A model generated the notes under the pieces. It ran no database searches. It was not told the origin of the DNA and saw only the letters and a program-made list of their open reading frames with translations. DNA of 64,000 nucleotides from a virus: IMG/VR virus record IMGVR_UViG_3300045988_074608. One strand, written 5' to 3'. A program made the position numbers and the translations under genes. This document shows, piece by piece, positions 1 through 14,500 of this stretch; position 1 is the first letter of the stretch; every line of letters begins with the position of its first letter.

Positions 1-2550
1 ATTCATTTTATATATCTCGTCGATAACCATTCTAACAACAGGACTTTTTGCATCAGAAAATAAACCACAAATACGTTCAAAAGAATTCGTATCTCCAAAA
101 TCATATTGTGCAGATACCCATTTTTTAATATTTACAGTTAATCGTTTTTTCATGTCATCCGTAAGCTCTGAAGATTCTTGAGATTCAATCTTCTCTTTAA
201 TCCAAAAATCAAGCATGTGTTCTTGTGCAACACGTTTCATATTTTGAATATATGTAAGCTTTTTTCGTAAATCTAAATCTGAAATAAGACGGCTTATCTC
301 GTCTATAACAGGATTAGAACCAGGTTGTATTACAACCAGCATTCTTTCAATATTAGACAACAGATTATCATAGAAACCGCAAATATCTTTTGTTATATAT
401 TGAATCTCGTCAAAAGAAAAAGGCTGAGTTTGTTTAGTATTAGTAGCTGTAGCGGCAGTAATAGAATTACCATTTGTATCCTAATAAACTCTATTACCAA
501 AATTATCAATATTATAATAAACCATATCATAGTTATTATCTTTAGCATTGATAAGCATTGCTAATATATTATTGATATCTGTATCAGCACGCTCTACAAA
601 CTATAGTACACCTTCTGCAAAAGCAGTCATAACTTCATCAGCACTCTTAGATTCAATTGCTTCAGCTATGGTCTAATGTTGCATCTAAACTTCACGAACA
701 GCGTTCTGATTAAATGCAATCTGTTTTTCATCACCATATATAGAAGATGTCTCTGAGAATTTAGATTTGTATGATTTATCTTTACTTAACGTTGAATTTT
801 CTATACTTTCAAACAAATCCTATATTGTACGTTCTTCTTTAGTTCTGATTTTATTTATTGAAAATCTCTAATCTTTTGCAGCTCGTATCTTTCTTCTAGC
901 CTCTTTAAATCTATCTATATAAGATTGTTTATTAAACCATAACCTGTTAAATTGCCAATTATTGTCTATATTTTCTCCAAGTTCTAAACCAACTTGTTTA
1001 CTATATGAAGCCTATACAAAAATATCTACAAGTTCTTTATATGCTGTGTTGTCATATTGTATACCGATACTTTGTAAGTATCTACTTATGAGTCTAGATA
1101 TAAAACTCTTAATCTTATCCAACCATGTTTGTTTAGTATCATACTGAACCTGTTTTAATTTGTTTATAAATTCATCGTTACTAAGTTCAGCAACCATTTC
1201 ATAAACATTTTGTAAACCTTGTATAGATGGATCATTATTAAATTGTTCTTTGAGTTTAGATAGTAATTTTTCAGCTTTTGCGCGTAATATTTTAGATCTT
1301 TGCAACGCTTCAACAGTAATTACATGAATCATTTCATGGGTTAATGTCTACACTAATGCATTTTTAAAATTATTCTCATTACCGAATGATTTTGCGACAT
1401 TTATAATAATAGTTCTTGTATTAGAATCATATTTAGCAGAATAATTACCAGTACGATCAGCAACTCGTCTAATATTGACACTATTGAACAAACCTGGACT
1501 TGTTTTATTAATGTCTTTTAATATTGAGAGGATAAATGAGAAATTATGATTATCCTCACCTCTTGTTTGTTTTATAATGTATTGTAGAAGATCTTGGGCA
1601 GTGTTTAAAGATTTCTTATTTAAAAACCGATTTAAATTACCCATTGATTCATATTCTTTAGTTTTAATCTAAACTTCAAGTCTTGGATCTTTTTTACCAA
1701 TACGTACTCCTGCATATTTAACTCTTAATCCAGGATCCATATTTTCTATATACTATCTCCAAATATCTTCTTTAACTTTAGCCTTTAATGTAACTTCGAA
1801 TCTTGTTTCATATGTATCATGTACGAGATTATCTATTGCATATCCTTGGTCTTTAATGTACTTTACAGCACGTTCTCTACTATATAGATGACTATCTCTA
1901 TCTTCACCATGTCTTTTGTATATATTATCGTTTATTCTAGAGAATGTTCCTACATTGTCTGTAGCAGATTTAATTTGATTAGGATTAATAGTCAATAATT
2001 CATAATACCCAAAAGTCTTATGATAAACCATACCCCCATCATATTCTTTTGGAAGTTTATCATATTTATTTCCAGTTCCATAATCTGTTATATAAGCCCT
2101 TTCTTCTAAAGAAGGAGAATCTTTTCTAAATAGATTTTTTATATTAAGAAATAACGATATTTTATCATTAGATGTACCAAAATATGGGTTTTCTAGATAA
2201 TTCTATTCTTGAGTTTGTTTTTCAGATCTAAATAATATAGGTTCTCCATTTTCATCAAATACATCTTTATACTATTCTTGTATTTCAAATCCATCTTGAA
2301 ACCATTTACCGTATGTATCTGTGAAATCAGATGTGAAAAGCTGAGCTTTTTTCTACTCAGCTTTATTTACATCTCCTTTATAATACTCTAATAAATCATT
2401 ATAGAGTTTTGATGATTTTCCTTCTTTTGTTTTATCAAGAGTATAACCATTGTTACAACACAGAACAGCATAGGCTCTTTTATAAGAGCCTAATACTTCT
2501 GTTAAGTGATTTAATTCTTCTTCGTATTTACTTTTTATTAAACATACCAT
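1..2550 (-). CDS. Large virion-module protein, C-terminal part cut by the window edge (at least 850 codons, TAG read as sense)
   Basis: ATG at 2550 lies 6 nt downstream of the tandem TAA TAA (2557-2562) that ends the giant ORF. Track ORFs 2353..2550, 1753..2031, 1348..1644 and 1012..1332 share this frame. Every gap codon I checked down to position 1 is sense or TAG, never TAA or TGA. No family recognised. Confidence 0.7.
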
Positions 2551-2559
2551 AATAATTTA

Positions 2560-5500
2560 TTATTTACATTGTTCATCTATTTCATCTGCTAATGTATCAA
2601 GAGCTTCGTTTGTAGGATAATCTTTTAAAGATTTCTCAATAAATTCCTATCTAGCTTCCAGATTCTATTTCAACTATTCAACAGTAATACCAACAGATTC
2701 TGCTAACTTAGTAAGTACAGACTAATCATTAAATAATTTAAGCTAATTTTCATCTATAATGTGTTTTTCGCCATATAATGCTTTATTTATAGTACTTCCT
2801 ATTTCAGCATTACCGTCCTCCGTGGTCATCTTATACAAGAATTCCCCTAAATTATAACATTCGAATACGTTTGCAAAATCCTAGTTCTAACTATCTTTCT
2901 ACATGATAGCTGGTATTTTTTTCAAAAGATTAATTACGTTAAATACCGCTTTACTTTTAACAACCATTGATTTTTTAGACTTATCATAATATATTACATT
3001 TTTATCTATATCTTCATAAGACAAACCTTCATAATCATGAACAGCTTCTTTAAAATCATTTATTATTTCGGAAATAAACCCTTGCTTGAAATCAGAATAC
3101 TTGATATATTGAGTGGTTTTGTCAGAATCTTCGCCTAATACATCCTCAGTCACAAATGAACTAATATTCTACATTATTATTTTTAGATCTTTTACAGAGA
3201 CTCCTTTTATAGGTTTGCTATTATAGTAATAATACTTTTTATTTACAGATTTCTATTCTGTTTTCTATAATCCAGAATCTGTAAACCTGTTTTTCTTCAG
3301 TGTTCCATCTTCATTATAATAATTTAACATTTTATCACCATTATGGTGAGCATAACAATATACACAAGAAGATGCACAATTACTATTATATTTTAACAAA
3401 TCGGTTTTTCCACCATAACAAGAACACAACTATCTAAATCTATTATTCTCGGTTAGTTTATTAGGTATTTGTGTACCAAGCATTTTATTAATAGCATCTA
3501 CACTTAAACAACCTTCTATACTTATACCATCCATTCTACAAGGTTCTGCGCATGTTGACAAGTCTAAATTATATTTTTTAGCAATATTTAACATCTTTTC
3601 AGCTATACCTTTTATAACATCCATTCTGGCATGAGTAAAATAAAATCCGGAATCATTCTTATCGAAGTATTTAGAATAATCATATCCTAATTCTTCCATA
3701 AATTTAGAAGTGGTTTTATAATAATCTAACACTGAAAATCTTACATGTTTTACACCTAATTCACTAGCTCGTTTCATCAATTTATCCACTTCAGATATTT
3801 TAGTAACGCCTGGTATAATAGGATCTATTCGTAATGTAACATATTCTGGATCTAATCCTTGTTTTATAAAGTCACCTATTCTCTCAATCATGTCTTGCCA
3901 TTTCATAACACCAGGCTCCCATTTAGTATTGCCTAAAGTAGTAACGCTGAAATGAATTATTTTAGGTTTGTTTATCTATAACAATTCTCTCATTGGTAAA
4001 CCATCGTGTTTTGTTATCAAATATAATGCGTCTATATCCTCATATCGAATAGGGTTCTTACTATAATCTAAAAATGTATGATTTCCTTTAGCCCAATCTT
4101 GTATCATTTTTGAGAAGAATACTGGATCAGTGTGTTCTGACGCAACTGCAATTCTTGGTCTAGTATCATCTCCAGTAAACGGTTTTATAGCAAGTATTTC
4201 ATCATTAGTTAATATTGTCTTATCGGAATTCAACGTTTTAACTTGTTCCAAATAAGTTCCGAATCTATCCTCATCATTCGCATCTATACTATCCTGCGTA
4301 TCTATACTGTTATCTGGTTCAATAACATAACCTTCTTTTTCCTATAATCTAGTTCTTATTTTGGTTAATATATTTGCGAATCGTGATTCTCCTGTAGGTT
4401 CACCTTTTTCCATAATTTCATCAAGGATTTCTCCTTTTCGATTAATATGTGTGAATTTTACATTTCCTGTATTAATTAACAATTGTTTAGCTTCTTCATT
4501 TTCTACAAATGACTAATACATGAGAGCAGACAATATACTGTTACTAACTTTTCTCCAGATATTTAACCCTTCGCCAAGATTAACACTAGCACCTTTAGCT
4601 TTTGCTATTTTAGGATCTTGTTCTGTTATTATAGAATTAAATATTCTAATCTTATCATCAGTTGACAATGCAGTAGAATATAAAACCTTAATAGCCTAGA
4701 ATGCATTTTCAACAGTATTCGCGGAATGTTTTACAATAGATTTAATCTTATCAATATCTTTAATATATGATAATTCCTCTCCAGACAATACATTAAATAC
4801 ATCTGTTATATGACGTGTTGCAAAGTTAGACAACATTAGATTATCACCACGTTCATAATGTATATTTATAGAATCTTGTTTCTTATAAAGACCTTCGATG
4901 GCAGTTATAAATGCATTTGGAACTTTATTGTTATTAATCAGATCATCTTTTGTTATAAATCCAGACTGTCGTATTGCGTTTTCAATAGATCCTCTCTGTT
5001 TATTTACATAATCTATTACACTTTGTAATTGTGTATCAAATGTCTATTGAGCAGATTGTACAGTTGGAACAATTTTATTACCCTGCTTATCAAATTTGTC
5101 AAAATACGTCTTATCGTAATCGTCATCTATTTCACATGAATAGAATTGATATGTCTAAGAACCTATTTTCATACGTAAACCTTTTGGATTTACAATTTTA
5201 TATATAGGGTATTCGAGACTAGTTCCATATTGTGATATTGATCCGACTCCAACTAATTTATATAATAAAAATCTATCGTTATCTGCATATGTTGTACCAT
5301 TTCTAAATGTTTTTATAAACGGTGGGAATTGTCCATTTTTATTTTTAGATATAGGTGAAGAATATTTATTATTGTAATATGATAATCCTATTATTGTCCT
5401 AGGTTCTGTTCTTAATGTAACAGTACCATCATATCCTACCTATTTATATGTAAAATTAGATGTTATAAATCTACTATAACCTTTTTCAGTCTTTGTATTA

Positions 5501-8500
5501 GTAGTCGGTATTATATTATTATCTGATGCAAAGTTTAATAACAACTCGTCTATGTTTATGCTATAATCTCTATTGGATTCAAGATTACCTTTATAATAAT
5601 CAGAAGCTTCTTTTATATATTTACAATATCCAAAATCTTTTCTCCACTGTAATGGTACATATTTAAAGAACTTAACAAATCCTTTACTGTCTGCAGAAGA
5701 CATAAATGCATATATTGCCAAATCATTTGCAATACCTCGCATAGCTTCTTGTAGTTTAGGATTCTTATCGTTTGTATAATTAAGCATATCTTTCCAAGCT
5801 TCTATATAATCATTACTTACAGCTGAATCATCTTCTGAAGTATATGTCATAGAAATTATATCATAATGAGGTTTACCTTCTTCTGCAAAATAATGTACAG
5901 AATGTAGTTTTTCGATAAGTGGATTTATTATAGTTCCATTTTGAGTAAACTGTTTTAACTAACCAGACTCATCTGATCGTAACAATCTCTATAACATTGT
6001 TATACGTTTAGCTAACGTACGATTGCCAACAATTAGTTGCTTCCAATACGAATATATCGTATGATTTGTACCGTGTTTTTTGTTATATTTATCAACATAA
6101 TCCTAAAAAGCATAATTAAACGCTTTCTATTTTATGTAACACATCATCGCATTATTAACTGCTGTTCTAGTAGCTTTAGATTTATTATTCAATATACTTA
6201 AAATCTCATCTCGTTGTTGTTCAAATGATTTTTGCATATGAATCATCTAATCTCCCAAAACCATATGTATGAATTCTGTACCATAATAAGTTTTATCGTC
6301 AATATAAGAATCATTTAACATCTATTCAATATTACTATTAAATAATGTACTCTATTTAAGATTATTATATTTCGCTAAATACTACTGCTAATCTTGATAA
6401 TTTATACCTTGTTTCTTAGTATCAATTTTAGTATATTGTACAAGATCTGACAGACCCTGTGCATATTTCTCAAACTCTTTCGAAGCGATGTATATCATTT
6501 GTTGGATTTCAGATACTTTTATATTTTTATCGCGAATCTTAATAGTTTTATCTAAATCTAAACTTGAAACAGAATTTCCAGCTTTCTTATAATAATTTCT
6601 ATCCGTTGCGAGTATTTGTAAAATAGTCTTTTTTACTGTTTTACCATTTTCATTAACTTCTACTCTAAAACCATCATTGCGCATAGGGTCTCCAAATATA
6701 TCTACAATAGTAGACATTACATCATGTGCAAGCTAATCTTTATCAGATAGAGAACCATTTGCATATATTGCAGCAATACTTTTTGTACCAAAAGTCTTAT
6801 TTATATATTTTTTTTCAGCCTCTTCTTTTCTCTATTGTGGAGATAAACCTGGATTATCAACTATCTAACCATCGCATTCATTATAAATCTATGCTAAATC
6901 TCTAATCACAGGATTATTTAAGAAATAAAATGCATGTCTACCAAAACCTAATCTTATTAACAATGAACTTATATTATAAGTAGCTTTATTGATATTCATT
7001 CTCAAAACATAAGGATCTTTAGCAACATCTACGTGACCATTGATAAGTGCTGATATCCAAGATAATATAAATGATCCATCACAGTCAACACTTCTTGCTA
7101 AAGATAAAGCTCCTAAATTACTTAATATTCCACCATCTGATATAAATCCAACATCATATAATTGTGTCAAGATATGGTTATTATTGTTCAAAGCGTAAGG
7201 TCCGATACCAGTTTTACCTGTTGCGAAAGAACCTCTTGTTTCTACCTAAGTACTAAGCATTTCAAATTGATATGGTTCGTATGGTTTTGCAACAACTCCA
7301 CTCTCAAGTTCTTTCAATACATTTTTAACAAGAGATGTATCCTAGTCAATAGATCTTCTTAAAAGATGTGCATATCTTCCACCTTGTAATTCACCATTTT
7401 TATCAAGTGTTCCACAATCCTTTAATAGTGATATATATGTACGTAAAAGATCATTAGTTAACTATTTCTTCTTATCGGAAAGATTTTCAGAAGTTGCTGT
7501 ATAACGGGATTTTCTTCTAATCTGACCTTCTTTATCAATAAAATCAACATCGTGTTTTACAAGTTCGTAGAATAATGTAGACATGTATAATTTATCAATA
7601 TCGAAGTCAGAACCTGTTTGAGCTGTAAATTCTTTAGGTAAGACAATAGTATCTCTAACAATAGGTAATACATCTACAAATCGTAAAGCTCCAATTGAAG
7701 ATGTAGCCTGTGTAGGAATACGATATGACATAGTATTGGCTTCAGCATTATGCCACTCAGTTTCTCCAGTTTTTACACCAGATATTATATCATTATCGAT
7801 CAGCCATTGTTTAGCCTTTTTAAAGTTATTCTACAATCCTTTTGGAATGATATCCATAAAATAGTCTATAGATACTACAGCATCCATTGAACCTTCTTCA
7901 TTGATCATACGTAAAGGTTTTCCACCGTTCAGTTTACTTTCAATATTTTCAGAACTAATAACCTTATACGGACTATCCATTCCAAAAACAGTTCTCTGAT
8001 AAAATGCATTACCTTTAGTACGAATATCGATGACATCAGTTCCTACTTTAGATGACAATATACTTTCAACCCAAGCCATATTTGAAACGCTGTTCAAATC
8101 TACATTAAAACCATCTCCGGCTTCATTTAATTCTAAAGCTTCTAATATATTTTCATCAGCATTTCTATCTCGTAACTACTGTACTAAAAATTGTTGTAGA
8201 TTTTTAAAGTTTACAGTACCGTCCTAGTTTGTAAATTTATTTTTCAGTTCATCCCAACTAAGTTTAGCAATCTCACGCATCGTGGACATTATCTTATCAC
8301 GAACCTCGTTTGCGGACATTTCTTTTACTGTACCATCTGATTGACGTATATTATAAGTATCACCATCACGTAATGTACCCATACAAACCTTTAAAACCTG
8401 TGTACCTGCAGCCATTATTTCATCTACACGTGGATCTGTGTTCAACTGTCTACGAATCCATTTATATTTCTATGTATAAATATGACCTGCGAAAGAAAAT

Positions 8501-11500
8501 TTATTTATATCTTCAGCAGACATGTCTGGGTCAAACCTCTAAGCTCCTTGAGAGCCTGCTTTTACAGCAGACTACATCATACACATATCAACTCCATTTT
8601 TAGGATCGTTCATCTTATCATAAAGATGTTTTAAGAATCCGTATGATATACCTTTGAATATTGGGAACAATGCAAACTTATTATAAAAATGGACAGGTGT
8701 TCCATTTTGCATTCTATAACCAAAAGCAGAATATTTCTAAGTAGATATAAGAGCATTGTGTACAATTTCATAAGCTTTTGCATCTGATAAATAACTATTA
8801 TTTTTACCACGTAATATATCAAAAGCCTCTTTAACATTTTCTGTAAATGCACCGCGTTGTTTCAACAAGTTTTCAGCCATCTTGTCGGTTATGAAAGCAG
8901 TACCATCAGTAACATTAACACCTTCCAAATGTTTAGAATCATCGTATACATAACTATTTGTTTCGGATTGAACTTTCTTATCGATGATTTCCAAAATACC
9001 AGCTTCTTTTAACAACTCTTTCTGTTTTTCAACATCCATGTTGTTTACAATCTTGTATATTTCAGCTTTTTCAGCTTTGGATATATCTCGACCTTCGTAT
9101 TCTTGTTTACTTAATAGTATGTTAACACAAGCTTCTCTATATTCACCTCTTTGGAATACTGTTTTTAAAGAATTTACCATTTCACTGGTAATCTACCAGT
9201 CATTTATTTCCGCAATTCTATATTCACTAGGTATTCCAGGTATATCTTCTCTATTGTTAGATCCAGTAGAACCAACACCTCCATAACGTTTAGTTTCATC
9301 AACACCAAATGTTACAAGCTATCCTTTATCATTGTAATTAGTCTTGAAGAATTGTGGCATTCCTGTTACAAATCTTCTACCCTCTTCCATAGACATTAAC
9401 TGTTTGCACATTGTGTCAAATACATAAGCTACTATAGCCTAACCTTCTATTTCTGCTTCACTCTTTAATGAATTATAACGCCTCTCTGTATTACCTATTC
9501 TAGAATTTCTATATGCGTTGGCAATAAGTGCTATTTTATTAACATCTAAGTAGTTATTTTTGTAGTTGAAATATTTAGCATTTTCAGCAGCACTTGACGT
9601 ATTTGTCTATACTTCTATAATACCAAGATCTACAAGATGTTTTAACTCGTCGTCTAATCTATGTCTCAATATATCAGCCACTATTTTTCGTTTTTCCTCA
9701 ATAGGTCGACTAAAATATTTTTCAACTGCTTTATTATAAGATTCGAGTATTCCGTTAGTTGGTGTACGATGTTTTTTTGCATCATCTGTAGATACATCAT
9801 CTTGAAAATTGAATGATATGAAATTATCACCTTCATAAATACCTGCCAATGATGTAAACCTTGCTCCGTTTTTACTACCTGTATGATAGTTTTTAATCAT
9901 TTGTTCGGCAGGAAGTTTATCTTGCTCGCCATTTGGACCATAACCTAATTCACGAATAGTTTTCTCAACATTCCTACGTTCGCATTCGAAATACTCTATA
10001 AATTGATCTAATACATCGTTTTGTTGATATCCTTTGCTTAAATCCTCTAAGTTAAAGAATATCTAACCTGTAAAATGATTAAACATAGGCAGTTTTCCAA
10101 ATGCTGATATCTAATCATCAGTCATTTGACTACTTACTTTAATATTATAGTCAAATCCTGGTAATTTAAATCCTCGTACAGACATGTATGTAGATTTATC
10201 AGACAATGTTGGCATTATTATAAGACCATCAGATAGTTTCTACATTCTTGATATTTGATCTTCACGTTTTCCCATTTCTGAGAATTTAACGCTATCCGAA
10301 CTATACTTAGATCCAGCATCGGTATCAATAGATATTTCGTCTTTTACTTCTTTATTTAATAACTGCTTAGCTATAACAGATCCTCTTTTCTAACCGTCTT
10401 CATCTTCAAATACAACATACTCGACATCTTTCATATCATCCAAAATAGAACCTTTTCTAATCGAACCATCTGATTCAAAAGAAGTGTTCAAATCATCTAC
10501 AACATCTGATACTGTATTGTTTTGAGCATACATATACATTTTAGTATTTCCAGCACCCAATGTCATCATTTCTGATGTTGCCATTTTATATTCAGATGTT
10601 GCTTCTGCAAGCATTGTTATAAATTGATTTTTAGCATATAAGAACGCTCCTGAATATTTACCGTCTTTATTAGAATCTCTTGTAAATACATTTAAATCAC
10701 CTGATTTTACAGCATTATTTAATTTGTCAAGAACTCCGTCTTTTGATATAAGTGCATATATACTAACACCTCCACTTTTACTACTTGTCATCATTTCACG
10801 TAATGATTCTATATAATCAGTACTGTCTGGATTTAATTTGTGCAGTAAATGATAAAATGCAGGTTTTGTAATCATTACACCTATAGAATTAAATGCGTTA
10901 ATTATATTACTAACAATGAAATCAAAATTAGCAACATCATTTATATCATATATTTTACCATTTATATCAATCTTAGTACTATCTCCAATTAAACCTTTTC
11001 TTATTTGATTCAATGTTGTAGCACAATCTGCAAATGTCGTATAATTTCTGTTTATATTGTCATCTTTATTATATAATCCGGTCAAACCAGACCTTACATA
11101 ATCAAACCATGCGATTGGATATTGTCTAGAACTCTAATTAGTATTTGTCTATCTATATCTATATTCGTATCCTTTTTTATTACCTTCTGATTCATTTATA
11201 AACAAGAAGTTAAAGTTAAGTTTTTGTGATTTAATACTCTAAAACAATAACGTAGTAAGTGTCTAATTGTTCTGATTCTATGCGTAAGTAGCACCTTGTA
11301 ATATATCACCTGCTTTACATATAACTTTTCCGTTTTTACCAACAAGGTCTTTAACAAGACGTACTTCAGTAGGATACATAGCTTGTTCACTTCTATCTTC
11401 TGTATTACTTATATAATACTCTGGTTTTACAATAGCTCCATGATAATATACTTTTGGAAAACCTGCATATTTTTCATATTGTTTTTCTGTAAAACGTAGA

Positions 11501-14500
11501 TAAGATTGATAACGTAATCTATACAAAGATTGGGCTATTCTTTCGAACATGTAATCGTTTTCTCCAAGTCTCCTTAATTGATTATATAAATCAGATACAT
11601 TTTTAACATCGTGTAATTCTGATAACAATCTCTGATGTACTGATTTGAAAGATAAAAATACAGGTCTACCCATAGAGTTTACTGTCTAAGGTATTGTTGC
11701 ACGTTTTGGCTTACCATTTTCTTTGACAACTTTTCCATCTTTATCTAAAACGTACATACTTTTAACTACACCAGATGCTACATCTTCTTGTGTTACATAT
11801 CTAAGATTAGGTATAGTACTCAACATCCATTGTATAGGAGCTGCAACATCATCAGACATAGAATGAGAATAGAATTCGTCTGCGTGTCCTTGAATATCAT
11901 CAGAAACAGCACTTGTTATATCACTATCAAGATCTTCTTTTCTTTGCGCGTCTCTGTCTTTTCTTTTGCGAATACCCATCTATTGCAATTTAGATTCCAA
12001 TAATGGTTGAGCTATCTACCAATTCTAGAATAATTCACGTATAATTAATGCATTATCTCGTGTCAATGCAGGTAATTTACCATCTTGTACAAGTTTATCA
12101 AGTTGTTCTTTTGTAGCAGAACCTCCTGTAATCTAAACATACCATTTAGCAAATGGTGAATCTTTTGCTAAAAGTGTCTATCTATCAAATTTAAGCTTTT
12201 CTATATTATTACCGAGAATATCAATACCTTGTTTTTGAACAATTACTGGTAATAATGTTTCAACAACTTCATTTAATTGTTTCTAAGTATATATGTATTG
12301 TAATTGATGATCTTTACCTTCATTGTCCTATATTGTCATGTTAAGACCTTTTGGGAACAATCTGTTAAAACGTTCCATATTTTCTTTCGAAGCTTTACGA
12401 GAAGAGAATTTACCGTGATCTATTGCTCTAAACGTACATGCCATCTTAAGATTACGTGTTCTTATAAAAGCGTTCAATGTATTATACAACCAAGCAAACA
12501 TTCTTAATATTTTATTTTTAGGTTGCCAGTTGTATTTAGAATATGCATAGAACATATCAGCAAGACCTTCAGCAATCTACTCTTCTGATAAATCTTTATT
12601 TTTACGCTTTTTCTTATACCAATTATAAAGAACGTTTCTTTCTTCTTCACTCATTAACATTTCAACAACGTAGTGAAATGATTCATGATATTGTGCATTA
12701 TTTTCAGCTTCGTACGATAATTTAATAGCGGCACTCATACAACGTCCAACAACATCACCATGCTATGTTTTTTCTATAATATCTTTTACTGGAAGTATTT
12801 TAACACTGTCTCCGCATATTCTACGCACATCTTCTGTCGCTTTTTTCAGCCCTTCTTCATCTTTTATAGGATGTTTAGCTTTTTCACGTTGTACCATATT
12901 CCAACCGTCATCACCAAACATATCATCTTGAGCAGATAACATATCATCAATAGATACATCTTGACCATCTATGTCATCTAATACAGTTTCATCAGATTGA
13001 GGTGTTTCAGGTTGCGTGTTTATCCAATCATCGATTGCAGTTTGCATTTGGGCAGATTGTTCTATAATTGCACTAGGTGTTGTATCATCTACAGAAATAG
13101 CTTCAAAATCAGATGTACTTACCAAAGCATCGGTTATTCCAGAATATTCTGACTAGAACCAATTATTTTTAATCATCCACGCAATACCACTTATGTTATT
13201 TTCAACATCGTCTCTTGTTATTACGAATTCATCTGAATATCTGATAGATTGTACATTTGGGTTTTTATCAAACCATTCTTTAACACCATTAAACAATCTA
13301 CTAACCTTTGAATTTTTAAAGTTATCACGTATTAATAATGTATTCTGCACATTCAAATATCCATTTGTTGACAATTCCTGACGAAGTTTTTGCAAATCCT
13401 GATCATTTTTAAGATTATATATTGTTTTAGTGTTACCTCCATCGTAACTCATATATACTTTATTACGATCAAGATTACCATCTTCATCTTTTACATAATC
13501 AAATTGGAATTTACTGTCTGTTGCGACAGCTCCACCTCCGAATCTTATAAGATAATGTAACAATTTAGAATTATCTATAGGACCTTGTATTTGATTGCCA
13601 TCTTGGTCAATTACATTAGCTTTTGATTGTTTCTTTCCTGATATATTTGTTAGAATATCAACAATAAGATCTGCTGCAGATTGTGACATTTTACCAGGTG
13701 TCAATGCTATTAATGCTGTATGAGGTACAGCACCCTGTTCAGAATCTTCAGCGTAATCCAATGGTTTCTGAATATATACAATACCTGGTCTTGACAAATT
13801 CTCATCATTTACAGCTTCTCGTTGAGATGTTCCAGATCCAACCTTATAATCATCACTATCTAATCGTCTTAAAGTACCCTATGAATCCGATATCAATAAC
13901 ATTGGTTCCCCGTTTTTATAATCTAACAAACCATTTATCTAATCGTCTGTTAAATCCAAACGTTCTTTTACATTGCCAGGTTTATTATTATACTGATATT
14001 TACCATTTGTCCTACTAAGTCCTTTTAATACAACTTTTATTTTTCCAGATTTTATATCATCTTTATTCTTTTGATAAAAATCTATAAGTTTATTTCTAAA
14101 ATCTTGTTCAACTGCGTATATAAAAGATATTTCTGCAGTAGCTTCTTTTGAAAGAATTTGTCCATTATATGATATTTCTTTAAATTTCAAATATGCACCA
14201 CATGTAGCAGCAGTATCTGAAAATTTTGAAGCTTCAAAATCTATTACAAATTGTACATTTTTAATAAAATCTTTTTTAGTAGTCCAATCTTTAAATACTT
14301 GTAATGCTTTCCTTTGTGCAGGAGTTATTTGACTTCTATCTTTAGCAAGTCTGTTATAATGTTTTACATATTTATTATTATATACTCTAGGATTTGGATG
14401 AAATTTACCTTGACCAGGACCATTACCTTTGTTAGTTTTATCTGCTAAATGTTGTTCTACAATTGTTTTAAATCTTGTCAAAATATTTTTTTCTCCTTCT

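Noticed and set aside
8631-8852. Minus-strand track ORFs in other frames: 8631..8852, 11196..11390, 19110..19304, 23935..24126, 26331..26522, 35414..35695, 38456..38644, 44014..44205, 51083..51298 and 59053..59235.
   Set aside because: They overlap the continuous TAG-read-through frames of real genes and have implausible, low-complexity translations.
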